From Strigamia acuminata (lineage: Eukaryota), in NCBI GenBank assembly GCA_949358305.1, contig OX442314.1:4154001-4218000 (forward strand): 64,000 nucleotides of DNA. The letters are read 5' to 3'. Below, one piece after another: positions 22,534-36,155 of this stretch. The position numbers and the translations under genes were made by a program. Under the pieces are notes generated by a model. It searched no databases and was not told the origin of the DNA. It saw nothing but the letters and a program-made list of their open reading frames with translations. The number at the start of each line of letters is the position of its first letter. The stretch's first letter is position 1.

Positions 22534-22787
22534 AATCTCGGTGGGACCTCCACGTGTGAGATTAGGTGGTAGTCTTTGAAATCCCTAAAATCTTCAAACG
22601 AAAATAATGAAGGAAAATCTACTACGTATTTCTATTTCATCAGTTTAACTTCTTCACATGGAAATATAAACTGAGAATTTAATCTGTCTATTTTTAACTT
22701 AAATCTTTTAGTTAAATATTTATCTCCAATATTCACTGTTGCAATTCAATCGAATTTAATTGCAACCTAATCTCGGTGGGACCTCCA
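22534..22787 (-). promoter_or_regulatory. Two tandem tRNA-Gln PBS copies of B1 (22769-22787, 22534-22552)
   Basis: TGGAGGTCCCACCGAGATT twice on the minus strand, 235 bp apart. Confidence 0.88.
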
Positions 22788-22789
22788 CG

Positions 22790-24703
22790 TGTGACGGTGA
22801 CGACCACAACTCCCATTTAACAATGGTACCGGGAAGAGATCGCGATAAATAACAGTGAATACAATACGAGATAAATACAAGACAATTTATTGTTGGCAAA
22901 CAATATGCAGTGAGCTAAATTATACATAAGACTAATGCCAACATTTGGCAAGTTAAATCAGCTATTAAACTATACAAAGAATTGGCCAACTGGCCCTAGA
23001 ATAATATCACTACGGGTCTGGAATATGGGAGCGGTTTCCCCATCGCTCGACCTGATTATAGATGTCATCTTAAGCCGGATGGCTGTGTCCTGGAGTCCGA
23101 TACGGCTTCGCTGGTTTCCTTGGTTCGCTGTGTAAACTATCGCACGTCGATAAATCGAATGATCTGAGCATTGCGGTTGACTTTGTCTACACCGCCACAA
23201 CTTTGGGAGGATATTGGTGTAAGTAAATGTATTCATTTACTTATCAATATTCCACTTATGAATTATATTTAATTCATATCGTTGTGAATTCTTATTTAGA
23301 TATTTCGGGAATAAGTTGTCGTCAACTTATCGGTTATATTGAGTTCAATATGAGATTAAGTCTTCTGACTTGATTTTGGTCCAACTGGTTGTCGAGTTTA
23401 AGTTTTGCTGTTATAAATAAAATGAAGATTAAGCTTCCCGTCGCAACACACAATTGCCATCGATTAGAATATACGCCTTGCCATGCAGAACGGTATCAAG
23501 CGTCCCCGGCGTCGCAGCACGGTCGTCCATCGAGTGGTTGACGGTACCACGTACACAGGGGTCGATAGCTCGCGGCTCCGCACAGCAGTTTTATCTCTCG
23601 CGGTACTAATAATAGACCGACTGCTTTGGCATCGAATACCATGAGAATCAGCTTGCCAAACACTTGGTGCTACTCGTGGTTACTGTAAAACAGACTGCTT
23701 TGGCACCATCAGGTGAAGGAACCGATTCTCAACAATACCGATGCTACTCGTGGTAACGGAATACGTTCATACCGAAAAAGACAACTTGGTCCTGTCCGGA
23801 GGATACTGAATTGCACAACGGCGGGTTCTCCTTCGGCGTCGCAACCGTAGACTGTAACATTTATGCAACATAATAATCCCAGCACTTCGACTTCAATTGC
23901 CGGCGGTGGCATGATTCTGTAGAATCATGCAACGGTTCTTTGCGAATAAATCAACAAAGAACCAAAAGGTTTTTTACGTGAACAACGAATCATACTTCTT
24001 AAGTAACAATACCAAACAGAAATAATCAAACAGAGCTGCGGAATGGCCGATTGTTTGGGTTTATATAACCTGACTGGATTTAAGGATTAATCCAGTCATC
24101 CAATTGGAACATGGGTTCCACGAATCCCTCCAATCCCGTATCACCGGAAGTGGATACGGAGGAGCATTTATGCAAATTATGCTAATCCTTGTTACAACCG
24201 GAACTGGATACCCAGGACCGGAAATGGGTTCCACCAATCAGATTGATCGGTTGACCGATTGATCGCTAAACATTCTGTCCCGCAGAAATGGAAGTTACAT
24301 TGTATTTAACAATGTCAGATACTTAATATATATTTATATTAATATTTAACACAATTTATTCACTTGATTAAATATACGTTTATATTTAATCATGAGGTTT
24401 TCAAGTTCGTATTCGAATTTATCGCTAATTGCGATCGCGCCATCTAGTGGCAATATGGAGCATTGACAAATGCGGGTTTTAGCAGACGAATCTTCGTAAT
24501 TATGCCGTGATACTTTAGTATCATGTGGAAATTAGTGTTTATTCTTAATAAACGAACATCTTTGTATTTGAAACATCATAAATGACTTTATTCTAGACAT
24601 TTATCAGTTTTACACAGAATATTGTAAAAATACCATCATATTGGCGCAACAGCGCTTTCTTGATAGAAAATAGGCATTTATAGCCATTGTAAACCGTCAT
24701 ACA
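22790..24703 (-). repeat. 5' LTR of B1 (1912 bp plus 2 retained bp)
   Basis: Starts TG-TATGACGG on the minus strand; ends CCGTCACA. Confidence 0.93.
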
Positions 24704-27103
24704 GTTACAGTAATTACAAGGTTTTGTGGTGGAGTTATCTGTTTTCGGGTATGGTCGTCTCACGAACTCTTTTTTCTCGTAGGGTTTATCGCTTTTTGGA
24801 TTGTGGTGCTCCGTTTTATTCGCGGTCTTCATTCGGGGTCGGTAGCTTGGGGCGATTTCTTTCCCCATGTTAGCGTGGAGAATCTCTTCTTCTTGTTGGC
24901 TATCGCTGGTATCCCCTCCTGAGTTTTGCTCGGAGTTATTGTCTTCACTTTCCCTCCCTTCTTCGAGATTAGTTACATCGGAGTTCGTACTGGCTCTGTA
25001 AGCTTTTGGAGCCGGTATCGGGTTAGAAGTCGACTTGTCGCTGGGTTTCTTTGGTGGGGCCGCCTCTATGTCTCCGTTTAGGAACGTTCGCGACCGGATT
25101 AATCGCCCTGCGTCGTTATTTCTGGCGTGGATTCGCTGTATGCGAAGTTGGACTAATTTTCTTTCTTCCGGTGTTAGAGCGTCTGTGTATCGGTCGTTTA
25201 CTTCTTCGTGACGTTTATCGACAAATTTCAACAGTTGTTCGAAGCTGTCGGTTGTTGGAGCGTTCATGTCGCGAAGCACCTTTTTGGACGCCTCGTTCAA
25301 TCCTTTATCAAAAATCAGTCGTTGAGCGTAAGCGTCCAGCGGAGCATACAGTTCGTTGAACAGACTTTTAGCTCGTAGAAAATAGGCTCGTAGCTCTTCT
25401 CCGGTCGCCTGCTGCATGAGACTGACTCGTTGTCTTATCTCTTTCTGTGTCTCGCCATATTGCGTATTGAAGGCGACCACAAATTGCTCCCAATGCTTCA
25501 AGTTCGCCTCCACATACCATTCTCTCGCCTCTCCTACCAGCATTTCTGGCAGTCCCTTAACTACCATTTCGTCTGGTTCGGCTCCGAGTCTCGAGATGGT
25601 GAGTGCCACCTCATTTAGAAATTTATTTCCTGCCCTCCACGTACCGTCGAATTTCATCAGGCGCAGCTGGGGCCACTTGATGTTTCGGTCTTTGTTATCT
25701 AACGCCCAGCGGTCGGCTGAATATTTCCGGAGTAGGTTTTCATTCGGTTCGTCTCGTTCATCCAAGTCTTGGTTTCGGCCGGTCCGTGAATCGGCACGTA
25801 TGCGTTCTTCTATCATTCGTAATCGCTCTTCCAATATGGGGTCGGATTGGCTCTGACTCCCATAACTCGGTGAAATATTTCCGTTTCGAGGAAGGAATTG
25901 GTGGTTTTGCGGAGAATTCTGGTGTTGAGGGGAATTCTGATTAGTTAAAGCTGGTGAAGTCGCAGTTAGCTGTGTTCCGGGGGGAAAGATTCCATTCACG
26001 GCTGTTCCGCTCAGGATCCCGTTATTTTGTTTTATTAATACGGTTGATTTTCTCCCTCCGTATAGTTGCGAATTGACTTTTGCGGCTTCCTTATCGGCGT
26101 CGTTAGCGGTCCTGATCTTGGCTTTTGCTGCTTCGTTAGCTGCGTCAACGTTAGCCTTAACTGTTCGTATGTCATCGAGGCTTGGCATTGCCAACCTATC
26201 TTGTCCTTGCTGATTCCGGATTTGATTACGCTGATTAATTAATCGTATCATTTCGGAATTCGGGTCGTTCGGCGTTTGGCTGGTGTGGCCAGCTTTAGCG
26301 GCGAAGGATTGCGCGAATGCCCATGACTGTCTTCCTCGATTGTTTCGATTGTCTTGCTGGAAAGCCTCCAAAAATTCGTTCTGGATTTCGACTGGCTCGT
26401 CTACGATACTGGCCCATCCCTGGACTTGAATTCCTTTCGAGGTCATCGAATCGGCCTCGCTTTCGTTGTCCGCGTCGGAACCGGTTTGGGTCGAATCGTA
26501 CGAGTCGGTTGTTTGGCCACCGGTCTTTTGGCGTTTGACGCTCCTTCTTCCTCGTCTGACAGCTCGTTTTTCCGCTCGTTCTCTGGTTAGACGAAGTATC
26601 ACTTCCATCTGGGCCAGGGGATCTCCATTTTCATCGAATGGTATTCCTTCTAACCGAGCGATTGCATAAGCTTCCATACATTGATTGATTTGAGATCGCG
26701 TCGAATTATATCCGTGTTGAATGGTTACCCGGTTGTGTTGAGCTACGTCGTCTTGGTCAAATAGGCTAAACCCGTCTTGACTTTTGTCGGATTTGTCATC
26801 GTTTATCGGTGGGTTAGGCTCTACGCTCTTCGGCGTTTTTTCAATCGGTGTTTTGCCGACGGCCGTTTTCTCGACGTGGCTCGGCGTTTTGGTAACTCGG
26901 TTTCTTTCTACGGGTTCCGGCGGCGTCGTATTTAACTTCGGGCTGGCTAACGCTTCGGCTGCCGCCTTGGCCTTTTCCATGGCGACTTTTCGGGCGCTTG
27001 CGGTCGGAGGTTTTCGGTTCTTATTACTTTTCGTCATTTCGATGGTTTGCAAAGTTCAAACCGTAAGATATGTTTATTTAAAATAGTTTGAATGTTCAAA
27101 ACT

Positions 27104-27121
27104 ATCCCGGACAGGCCCCCA
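27104..27121 (-). promoter_or_regulatory. PBS (tRNA-Pro) of A2
   Basis: TGGGGGCCTGTCCGGGAT, 2 nt after the 5' LTR. Confidence 0.82.
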
Positions 27122-27123
27122 CG

Positions 27124-27735
27124 TGTCGTAACCTTGATTCCGGTAAAATAAACTTACACAATATCTTACTAATAACACCCTTTATTTCACACTTGTAATA
27201 ATACAATAATGATACTTAACAATGTGGTCTCGGATCCTTGCTGGCGGATACGATTTGTTGCTGCACGGCAGTCTTACACGTGGCTTCTACTGTTGTCTAG
27301 GGTAATGGCGTCTGGCGAAACACGTGTTCGCAAACGCTTCGCTTCGGGAGATATTACAATCGTAGTATTGCTACGATAATATCTGTGACTTCTGATTTAT
27401 AGATGTAATTGGCAACGGGCATCGATCCTCTATCAATCCGGTAAAACGGCCTGACGGTGAGGTGGTGATGCTAATGTTGCTCTGGTATCTATAAAGTGGG
27501 GGTTTCCGGTTGGACACGGGTTTAAATACCAGTTGGACCGGAAATGACGTAATTGCATAAATTCGGGGAATTATGCAAATTCGTGACGTTGTCACGTCAG
27601 TCCCGCAGAAACGGTAAAACTAGTATAGCTAGTTTTCCCGCAATAATCTGACAATCATTTTATTATAAATACTAAAATCATTATTTATTAAGTCATAACT
27701 AATTAAAACACTTTTGTGACCTCGTGGTCACCACA
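27124..27735 (-). repeat. 5' LTR of A2 (612 bp)
   Basis: TG...CA termini; adjacent to TSD TGCA. Confidence 0.95.
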
Positions 27736-28695
27736 TGCAGAATGAGGATACAATGTTATGTCATGTATTTTTAGATATTAACAATTTAAAATGCTTAAAG
27801 ATGTCGGATGCAACAACTTCAGAGACGTCTCTCCAGAATTATAATAGTGCTATGCAAGGATTTTATCGCTGTTTAGTCATTTTTTTAACGATTTTATTGC
27901 TTTTTGTTCAATTATGTATGTAAATAATCTTTTTTTTTTAGGAGCAGTTGCCCACATACCATAATGAAGATTGTTAGAAGTTTTGACCATATCCTGAATC
28001 ACGCCTGCTTGACGAAAGAAATCTTTTGGCAATTTTTAATTACCAAGTTCAATCCTTCAGAATTACCAAGCAATTGTAGAGCAGCTCTGAAAAGGGTAAT
28101 CATCAAATGGTGCAAGGGGATAATACCTCTTGCGAAAGAAACCCTAGCGTATGAAAAAAATTTGAAATTTAAAAATGAAAAATGAAGAATATAATTTCCA
28201 TTTTCATTTTGCAGATCTAAAGCTACAGGATGTCGCCGAAGGCAATTCCAGCGGCAACTGACCATCGCCATAACACGTATGAAAAAAATCTGAAATTTGA
28301 AAATGAAAAATGAAAAATATAATTTTCATTTTCATTTTGCAGATGTAAAGCCATAGAATGCCGACCTGCAACTGACCGTCACCATCTCAACCAATCCGCC
28401 GCTCACGTGCTTGCGGAGCATCAAAGAGGTCAAGGATACGGGGCCATATTCTCGTCCTGATCTGCGGCGATGACATCGCCGCAGATCAGGACGAGAATAT
28501 GGCGCTGCTCTGCTCACATGGATGAATGAGTGAATTATTTATTTGTATGACCCTGATAAATTCCTAAAAAAATTTTAGAAATATATACCATTTGAAATTG
28601 AAATTGAAGTTTACTGTGTTTTTGTAATAAATTAAAGGAAGAGGACTTTTCTGCTGGAAATTGAGTTTTCGGTCTAAAAATTTGAATTTTTATCT

Positions 28696-29782
28696 TGTGA
28701 TACCTGATTACCGGTACAGTGGGGGGCAAAAGTAAGTTTACAAACGCATCAGGTTGATTCTCCCGGCTGTATCTCGGGAAAAAATAGAGGAAAATTAATG
28801 AATAATTAATGAATAATGAAATTAATGATATTCTTAATTTAATGTTGTGGACCGATACACATACAGAAAACCATCCCCAAGCCATTTTACTATTGGGATG
28901 GTTTTTCCATATGGGTATCGGTCCACAACATTAAATTAAGGGTATCCTGGACAAATATACTTATAAAAAGTATTGGAGGACTGTTATGCTTCCATTTGCA
29001 GATGATAAACTGCCTTTGACATGGATATTTCAGCAGAAAAATGATTCTAAGCATAAAGTCAAGGCAATTGCTCAGTGTTTCACAATGGGATTGCTTGTGG
29101 TTTGGATGTTTTAATGAAGTGTATGAGTGACTACACATGTGTTTATGGATAAATTTTAATATTTGCCGCATATTTTATAATGGGAATGGCTAATTGTTTG
29201 TGGATAATGGGTATGTAAACTTACTTTTGCCCCTTACTTTTTGATGTCACTTCACAAAAAATTTGTTTTCTCAGAACCTAATGGATAGATTTTGATAAAA
29301 TTTTAGGTGAATAAAGTAGGATGTTGTACAAGCATCCAGTTAAAATTTCATTAATTTTCCTCTATTTTTTCCCGAGATCCAGCCGGGAGAATCAACCTGA
29401 TGCGTTTGTAAACTTACTTTTGCCCCCCACTGTATGTATACTAAGTTATTAGTAACCATATTGACCGCTAGGAGTAAGCCGGAAAACTAGATTGGCTTGG
29501 CTAGTTCCCCGTTTCTGCAATAATCAGGCAGAATTTGCATATTACGACATTTCCGGTGGTTATATAAACCCGCGTTTGATCGGAAACGGCACTTACAGTT
29601 CCACATTTCAGCAGACGCAACACACCACAAGTTCAGGCTGTTATTCTAATACCGGAACCGGATTAATCCGAGGACCGATGCACGCTGATCAAGTCAACTG
29701 TAAATACCAAGTCACATTTATTTAACGTTTGAATAAATAATCCAGCGATATTGTTTAATTCCCGCGTGTTAACCAGAACACA
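28696..29782 (+). mobile_element. Probable solo LTR (about 370 bp) interrupted by a Tc1 element
   Basis: TGTGAT...AACACA termini, TATATAAACCCG box and downstream AATAAA; flanks ATCT/ATTT are an imperfect TSD. Confidence 0.45.
28717..29432. mobile_element. Internally deleted Tc1-family DNA transposon (716 bp)
   Basis: About 85-bp TIRs starting CAGTGGGGGGCAAAAGTAAG, TA on both sides; remnant WIFQQKNDSKH (cf. Tc1 FQQDNDPKH) near 29020-29055. Confidence 0.9.
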
Positions 29783-32700
29783 ATTTCTGTTATACTGTAT
29801 ATACAGATTTATTTACACTTTAAATCAAAAGAAATAAATTGGCAATTTAGGCATATGTTCAGTACTTACAAATTCATGTAGCATGGATGACTGAGTGAAT
29901 TATTTATTTGTATGACCCTGACAAATTCCTGAAAATTTTTAATAAAATGTATACGATTTGTGCCTAGGAAATTAAAATTGAATTTAATTAAGTATACTGT
30001 GTTTTTGTAATAAATTAAAGGAAGAGTCCAGTTGGATGTTTCTCACAACAGTCACAAGTCAGAACTTTGCACTAATATCTTTAAAATTTTATCAGAAGTA
30101 GCTTATAATGTTCTATAATTCTACAGTTGTATAGTTATTTTTTCTTAAAGTCCAGTTTTACTCGCTCGACCATTACGGACATCCTATCAATTTTTTTTTC
30201 AGTGGCAGTTGCCCACATCATGAAGATTGTTAAAAGTTTTAATCATCTCCTTAATCATGCGTGCTTAATAAAAGAAATTTTGTAAAAATCTCTCGTTACC
30301 AAAGGCAATCCTTCAGCCATACAGAGCAAATGTAGAACAGCTTTAAAAAAGCTTCTAATCAAATGGTGCAAGGGAGAAATACCTCAAAAACATGCAGTTC
30401 CAGTATGTGGCGCAGGTCAGCAGCTGGTCGCTGCTTGTGACGACGGCCGACAAGCAGGAAGACGAGCTGCAACTGACCATCGCCCTCAACCGATTCGCCA
30501 AATGGCAAATAATTTAAATTGTAAAGAAACCTAGATTTATTAATTCTACAGCGGTAAATCGTGCAGTTATTGCAGATATTTTTCAATTTGTTAAGGATTC
30601 AAGAGCAGTGTTCAGAAAAGCGGAAGTGTCATATTGCCAGATAGACGAGGAAAAGGTAGAGGACCTCAAACGTAAAGTTCTAGCATTTTGGACCAGTCAT
30701 CCCTGTGGGTTTTTAGAACAAATTATTCATTTATTACGTTTCCGGTATAATTTAGATTCTGAATTAATTATTCATCTCAATGTTAGTTTTAGTCTCGATA
30801 TTTCAATGTATTCTTTACATATCTTTGTTTGTTTCTAGTGGAACATATTGCTATTTAATATTTATAGTTGGGCATTAAGCAGGCCCTATTTCCAATTGTA
30901 ATTGTTTATAATTACCGACACCAGGGTGTCGCAATTGTTCACTTTTCAAGATGTCCGCCTACATGGCCAATTTTCTCTTCAATGTTTTCTGTGGTGAAAA
31001 ACCCCACTTATGTAAGTTTTATTTGATTAAATGTGTTTATTTTCTTTAAATATCTCGTTATTAGTCGTGTGGCATGTAGATAAATGCCACACAACCTGTG
31101 TATTGAGCCGAATCCATCGTGAAGTCCGTTTTCGCAGCATTGCGCGCGTGCCTGACGTTAGGCCTACGCTTTCCACACACGCTTCCACGTTATTTTCGCT
31201 GCGCTTTTTGCTTTCCTTTGCTACAATGCCACGGGCCATATTCTAAAGTAACCCCGAAACTAAACATCGCCGCAGATCAGGACGAGAATATGGCGCTGCT
31301 CTGCTTTGCTCATCACATGGATGAATGAGTGAATTATTTATTTGTATGACCCTGATAAATTCCTAAAAAAATTAAGAAATATATACGATTTGAAATTGTA
31401 ATTGAAGTTTACTGTGTTTTTGTAATAAATTAAAGGAAGAGGACTTTCCCCCAAAACAAGCGTAACATATTCAAGATCTAAAGGCGCGAAGAGAGGAGAA
31501 GAGCAAAAGTTCAATCAATCAATCAATCAATCAATCAAGCACATTGATTGTTGTGGAACTTATAATGAATCAAGAGGGTAAAAATTGAAGGAGTAGGCCA
31601 TGCACGCAAAAATAAGGAAATTTTTGAAGACTAGTGAGACAGAAATAGTTCTAAATAATTTCTAATGTTCTATAATTCTATAATTGTATAGTTATTTTTT
31701 CTTAAAGTCCAGTTCTACTCGCTGCCAAATTGAATGAAGCTCTCAAAAGCTGATAGCAATGTCGACCATTACGGACATCCTATCAATTTTTTTTTATTTT
31801 TACAAAAACAGATAACAGAGATGTTAATCTGATAATCTCCCATCATGATGTTACATCCCGTTGACGCTTGGTGTATCAACTTTGATCGTGTTCTACTTGT
31901 GGTTAACCAAACCAAACAACACATTTACACAACAGAAGAGATTAATCAGGGCCACCAGACGAGCTTACGGCTACGTCCCAGAAGCGGCTTGAGAAAGTTT
32001 TCGCCGCCGCCACGTAATAAAACAGCACTTTATTAAGAGAATTGTTTGTTTATCGCTTTTCTAATCAATGGGCCTAGAAATTAATTGTTTTTCGTCAGTT
32101 TCCTCGCTAATCAATGGCAGAAGCCCAATCAGCCCAACCACAGAAGATGTTTCTCCTGATTTTCACAGCTTTATCGTTAGGTTTTTTGGATTTCTGGCAA
32201 ATTATTGACCCGGGAACGTCAGTGGCGAAGCCTTCCATGTCTTATTAAATTAGAATTGGCAATTCTCATGACAAATTACTCATTCAAAACTAAAACTGTG
32301 TGAAGCACGCCAAATTCAAGCACAGCAAAGCAAATTAAAGTTCCATCTTAATATTTATATGTTTGTTATTTTTAGGGTCACTACTAATGCCTCGTTAGAC
32401 TACATTGTGTTGGATCCTGAAGCAATTGCAGAGATTTTCTACTGCATTAATGATAAAAGCAGTGTGTTTCAATGTGCGCACAAGCTAAATAAAATTGTCG
32501 CTGCTGTTACAGTTGAAAATTGAACACGGCTCAATGCTCCTTTTTTGTCTAAGAATAGAATACAAGAAAAAGAGAGTCCAAAATGGCGTTGTATGGCCAC
32601 CAATTTGAGGAGGAACTAAAGCACTGTGATGCTGCAGATTAAAGATGTTGAGGATATTATTTAAGAAGTTAAAAAATTTGAAATTTGAAAATTAAAAATT

Positions 32701-34834
32701 AAAAATATAATTTTCTAAAGCTACAAGATGCCGCCCAAAAGAAACCCCAGCTGCAACTGACCGTCGCCATGACTCGTATGAAAAAAATTTGAAATTGTAA
32801 TTTATTTTATTACATCATTCCTTTTAGTATTGTAAGAATTATTCCTTGAATTAAGGTAACTGATTTGAGAAAACTTGGTTCTATTATTATTGTTATTAAA
32901 ATATTGTATAAGTCTTGTTTAAGCATCCGCCATCTTAAAGGATATATGTAAGGAATTAATAAACTTGATTCCAAATTCAGTGTCAACATCAGTTTATTTT
33001 TGTGCGCAATACCAGTCACAAGTTTGGATGCACTTTATCACGACATTCTGAATAGAATAGAATTCGAGAAAAGCAAGCAAAGTTTGAGGCACTGTGAAAA
33101 CCAACTAACCTTGTTGTTCATAAATAGCGCTACGCAAGGATTTTATCGCTTTTTAGTCATTTTTTTGTAAAGAATTTTATCGCTTTTTGTTCAATTATGT
33201 ATGTAAATAATCTTTTGTTTTTTTAGTGGCAGTTGCCCACATAATGAAGATTGCTAGAAGTTTTGACCATCTCCTGAATCACGCCTGCTTGACAAAAGAA
33301 ATCTTTTGGCAATTTGTAATTACCAAGTTCAATCCTTCAGAATTACCAAGCAGTAGAACAGCTCTGAAAAGGGTAACCATCAAATGGTGCAAGGGGGTAA
33401 TACCTCTTGCGAAGGAAACCCCAGCGGCAACTGGCTGCAACCATGACGCGTATGAAGAAAATTTGAATTTGAAAATGAATAATGAAAAATATAATTTCCA
33501 TTTTCATTTTGCAGATCTAAAGCTACAGGATGTCTCCCCAAGGCAATCCCAGCGTCAACTGACCATCGCCATGACCCATATGAAAAAAAATTTGAAATTT
33601 GACAATTAATATTTGTATTAATAATTAATATTTCCGATTGTTCTTTAAGTCGAGCAAATACTCGCTTTGTAATTTATTTTATTACATCATTCCTTTTAGT
33701 ATTGTAAGAATTATTCCTTGAATTAAAGTGATTTGAGAAAACTTGGTTCTATTATTATTGTTATTAAAATATTGTATAAGTCTTGTTTAAGCATCCGCCA
33801 TCTTAGAGGATATATATAAGAAATTAATAAACTTTTTTGGCCGTAACATGTGTTCTTCGGAAATAGAGCAAAGTTGTTTTCATCTAAGACCATAAGATCG
33901 GTTCAAACTGAAGTGTCATAGCCACAATATTTGCAGAAGTGACAGACGTCTAAAGCCTCACGATACGAACCAAAGAGAGAGAGAGAGAGAGAGAGAGGAA
34001 TGTCAAAATTATTATCCTTGATGGTGGGGAGATTTATAACAGAAGCGCAAGTAAACTTACATATTTAAACTGTTGGATTTAAAGCAATTTGTTCTCCGTT
34101 TATCCTGTTTTATTTTAGTTTACAATTATTGTCTGTATGGTGTACCAAATGGCCCATCTGGCAAGTATTAACCAACAGGAAGACTTCAAACACAGACAAA
34201 TAGTTGAGAAGTTTGATGTTGAGCGAAATAAGGTTCATAGTTCAATACGATTTGTGCCTAGGAAATTGAAATTAAATTTAATTAAGTTTACTGTGTTTTT
34301 GTAATAAATTAAAAGATGAGGACTTTTCTGCTGGAAATTGAGTTTTCTGTCTAAAAATTTGAATTTTTATCTGAAAAAATTCTTGCTGAAAAAATTCAAT
34401 TTTTGGCTTAAAAAAAATTAATTTCTAGTTAAAATAACAAATTACGGCTACGTCCCAGAAGCGGCTTGGGAAAGTTTCCGCCGCTTCCACGTAATAAAAC
34501 AGCACTTTATTAAGAGAATTGTTTGTTTGTCGCTTTTCTAATCAATGGGCGTAGAAATTAATTGTTTTTAGTCAGTTTCCTCGCTAATCAATGGGCGCGG
34601 TGGTAGCAGAAGATATTTCTGGTGATTTTTACAGCTTTATCATTAAGTTTTTGGAGTTCTGGCAAAGTTTTGACCCTGAAACGTCAGTGGCAAAGCCTTC
34701 CATGTCGTATTAAATTAGAATTGGCAACTCGCATGACAAAATACTCATTCAAAAATCAAGAGGTATGAAGCACGGCAAAGCAAATTAAAGTTCCATCTTA
34801 ATATTTATATGTTTGTTATTTTTAGGGTCACTAC

Positions 34835-35420
34835 TGTGACTGCTATGGTCTCGCCAGTGTAGTCAGGGGACTGATAACACCGGGTAGGGACGCATACTTC
34901 ACGTAAATAACGGGGAATCCCACAATATTGGTTGGTTGGCCTTTATTGTGTTGTCTAGGGGTATGGGGAATCCCGTTACCCGTTGCAGGGGTGCCACGAA
35001 GGCACGCCGCACCGGCAACCGACCCGTCACACACTGGGCGCGAGCCCAATGGGTGACGTGGTCGGTTCAACGTTACATTCATGCTGTACTTACCTACAGC
35101 CCGCAGTGACCACTCATGGAGGCTGTATCGGGTGGAAAACCCAGATACTGAGCATCGCTGTGGTGAATGGGAAGGAGTGCAGAGTCCTCTCAGCCGGGAC
35201 ACGTCTTGTCCCCTCGTCTACTCCAACACCCTGGAACTCTGTCAACACACGACCTGCCTGGTCGGTGTCCGCACTCTCTCTCTCTGCAACTCCTCCCCAC
35301 ACCACTTAGCTCCCTCCTTCCCCCGGGCTAGATCACCTTGCCCAATCAGGGGGTGATCTTGGGGCCGTATGGTGGTGTGTGGCAGTGACGTAGGTCACCC
35401 CAGGTGGCCTGACGGTCACA
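34835..35420 (-). repeat. 3' LTR of C
   Basis: Direct repeat of 57818-58403; TGTGAC...GTCACA termini. Confidence 0.96.
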
Positions 35421-36155
35421 TCTCCCCCCCTCCGAAAAAGGTAAGGAACACAGGGGCCACACACAACACCAACGGGGTCACGCGAACCGAGGCAAACCCA
35501 ACACGAGACTTCCTTTGCCGAATGCGGACTGGCGCCGTCAGTTCGAGAGTAACGGCACCGTCATGCATCGGGCTAGCGGTTGGTGTCACTCGTCCGAAGA
35601 CTGCAGCACCGCCCGCCCCTGATGGTAGCAACACGGGACAACGGAACTCACCCAAGCCTAGATTGGCCGAAAACAAAAATCAACTATTGAAAATCATACA
35701 AATTTAAAAACAATTCACCGAGTCTGAGCGTAACAGACCCGGGATGAAAGAATAGTAACGACAATTAAATATTAAAGAAAAATGTGTAAATCAAACAAGG
35801 ATGGGAGAGGTTGGTCAATCCTCTCAAAAAAAACTTTACGCTTAACAAGTTGTGTCAAGAAAAAAAAAAACTAAAAAAAAACGTATGTTACAAAAATACC
35901 AGCCGGGACCTGACCTAGATCCATGGGCCGGGAGGTCCTCGGATGAGAAACCTCAGATGGCTTTTCCCCTTCACCGGTCGCTCATGGGAGTGGTGCGGCG
36001 TCGGTGACGCACGAGGCGCAACGCTTCCACGGCCGGACGTCCATGTTTCACCGGTTGTGGCAAGATCCTAGGGAAACAAATAAAAGATCGGGACCAAAAT
36101 GGTCCGTCGTCTGTACAATTAGTAGCACACCACCGAGGCAGCTACCACGGCCTTT

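Larger units (their letters stand above)
15276..24703 (-). mobile_element. Non-autonomous large-LTR element family B, copy B1 (LARD-like)
   Basis: Apparently identical 1912-bp LTRs, tRNA-Gln PBS, PPT AAGGGGGA, 5.6-kb interior with no gag/pol; second copy at 38817-48220. Confidence 0.93.
15124..27037 (-). pseudogene. gag: Gag of A2, split by B1 insertion in the zinc knuckle (27037-24704 + 15273-15124)
   Basis: Removing B1 restores CX2CX4HX4C: CNYCNEMGHWRRDC. Confidence 0.9.
9598..27735 (-). mobile_element. Ty3/Gypsy family A, copy A2 (about 8.7 kb without nested B1), integrase-less
   Basis: Two LTRs, 4-bp TSD TGCA (9594-9597 / 27736-27739), PBS, PPT (GAGGAGGGGA, minus strand, next to 10182), gag-pol-ORF3. 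Confidence 0.95.
27740..34834 (+). repeat. Mosaic of locally duplicated, decayed exon-like modules (continues 58408-62389)
   Basis: VAHIMKIVRSFDHLLNHACLTKEIFWQ module at about 27942, 30203, 33226, 58981; VTTNASLDYIVLDPEAIAEIF module at about 32376 and 34826/58408; LLDLKQF..VCMVYQMAHLASI module at about 34070 and 59760; many stops. Confidence 0.7.

Noticed and set aside
24593..24703. C-terminal ~36 aa of the 819-aa Gag ORF
   Set aside because: Read-through into the B1 LTR; the true Gag end lies at 15273-15124
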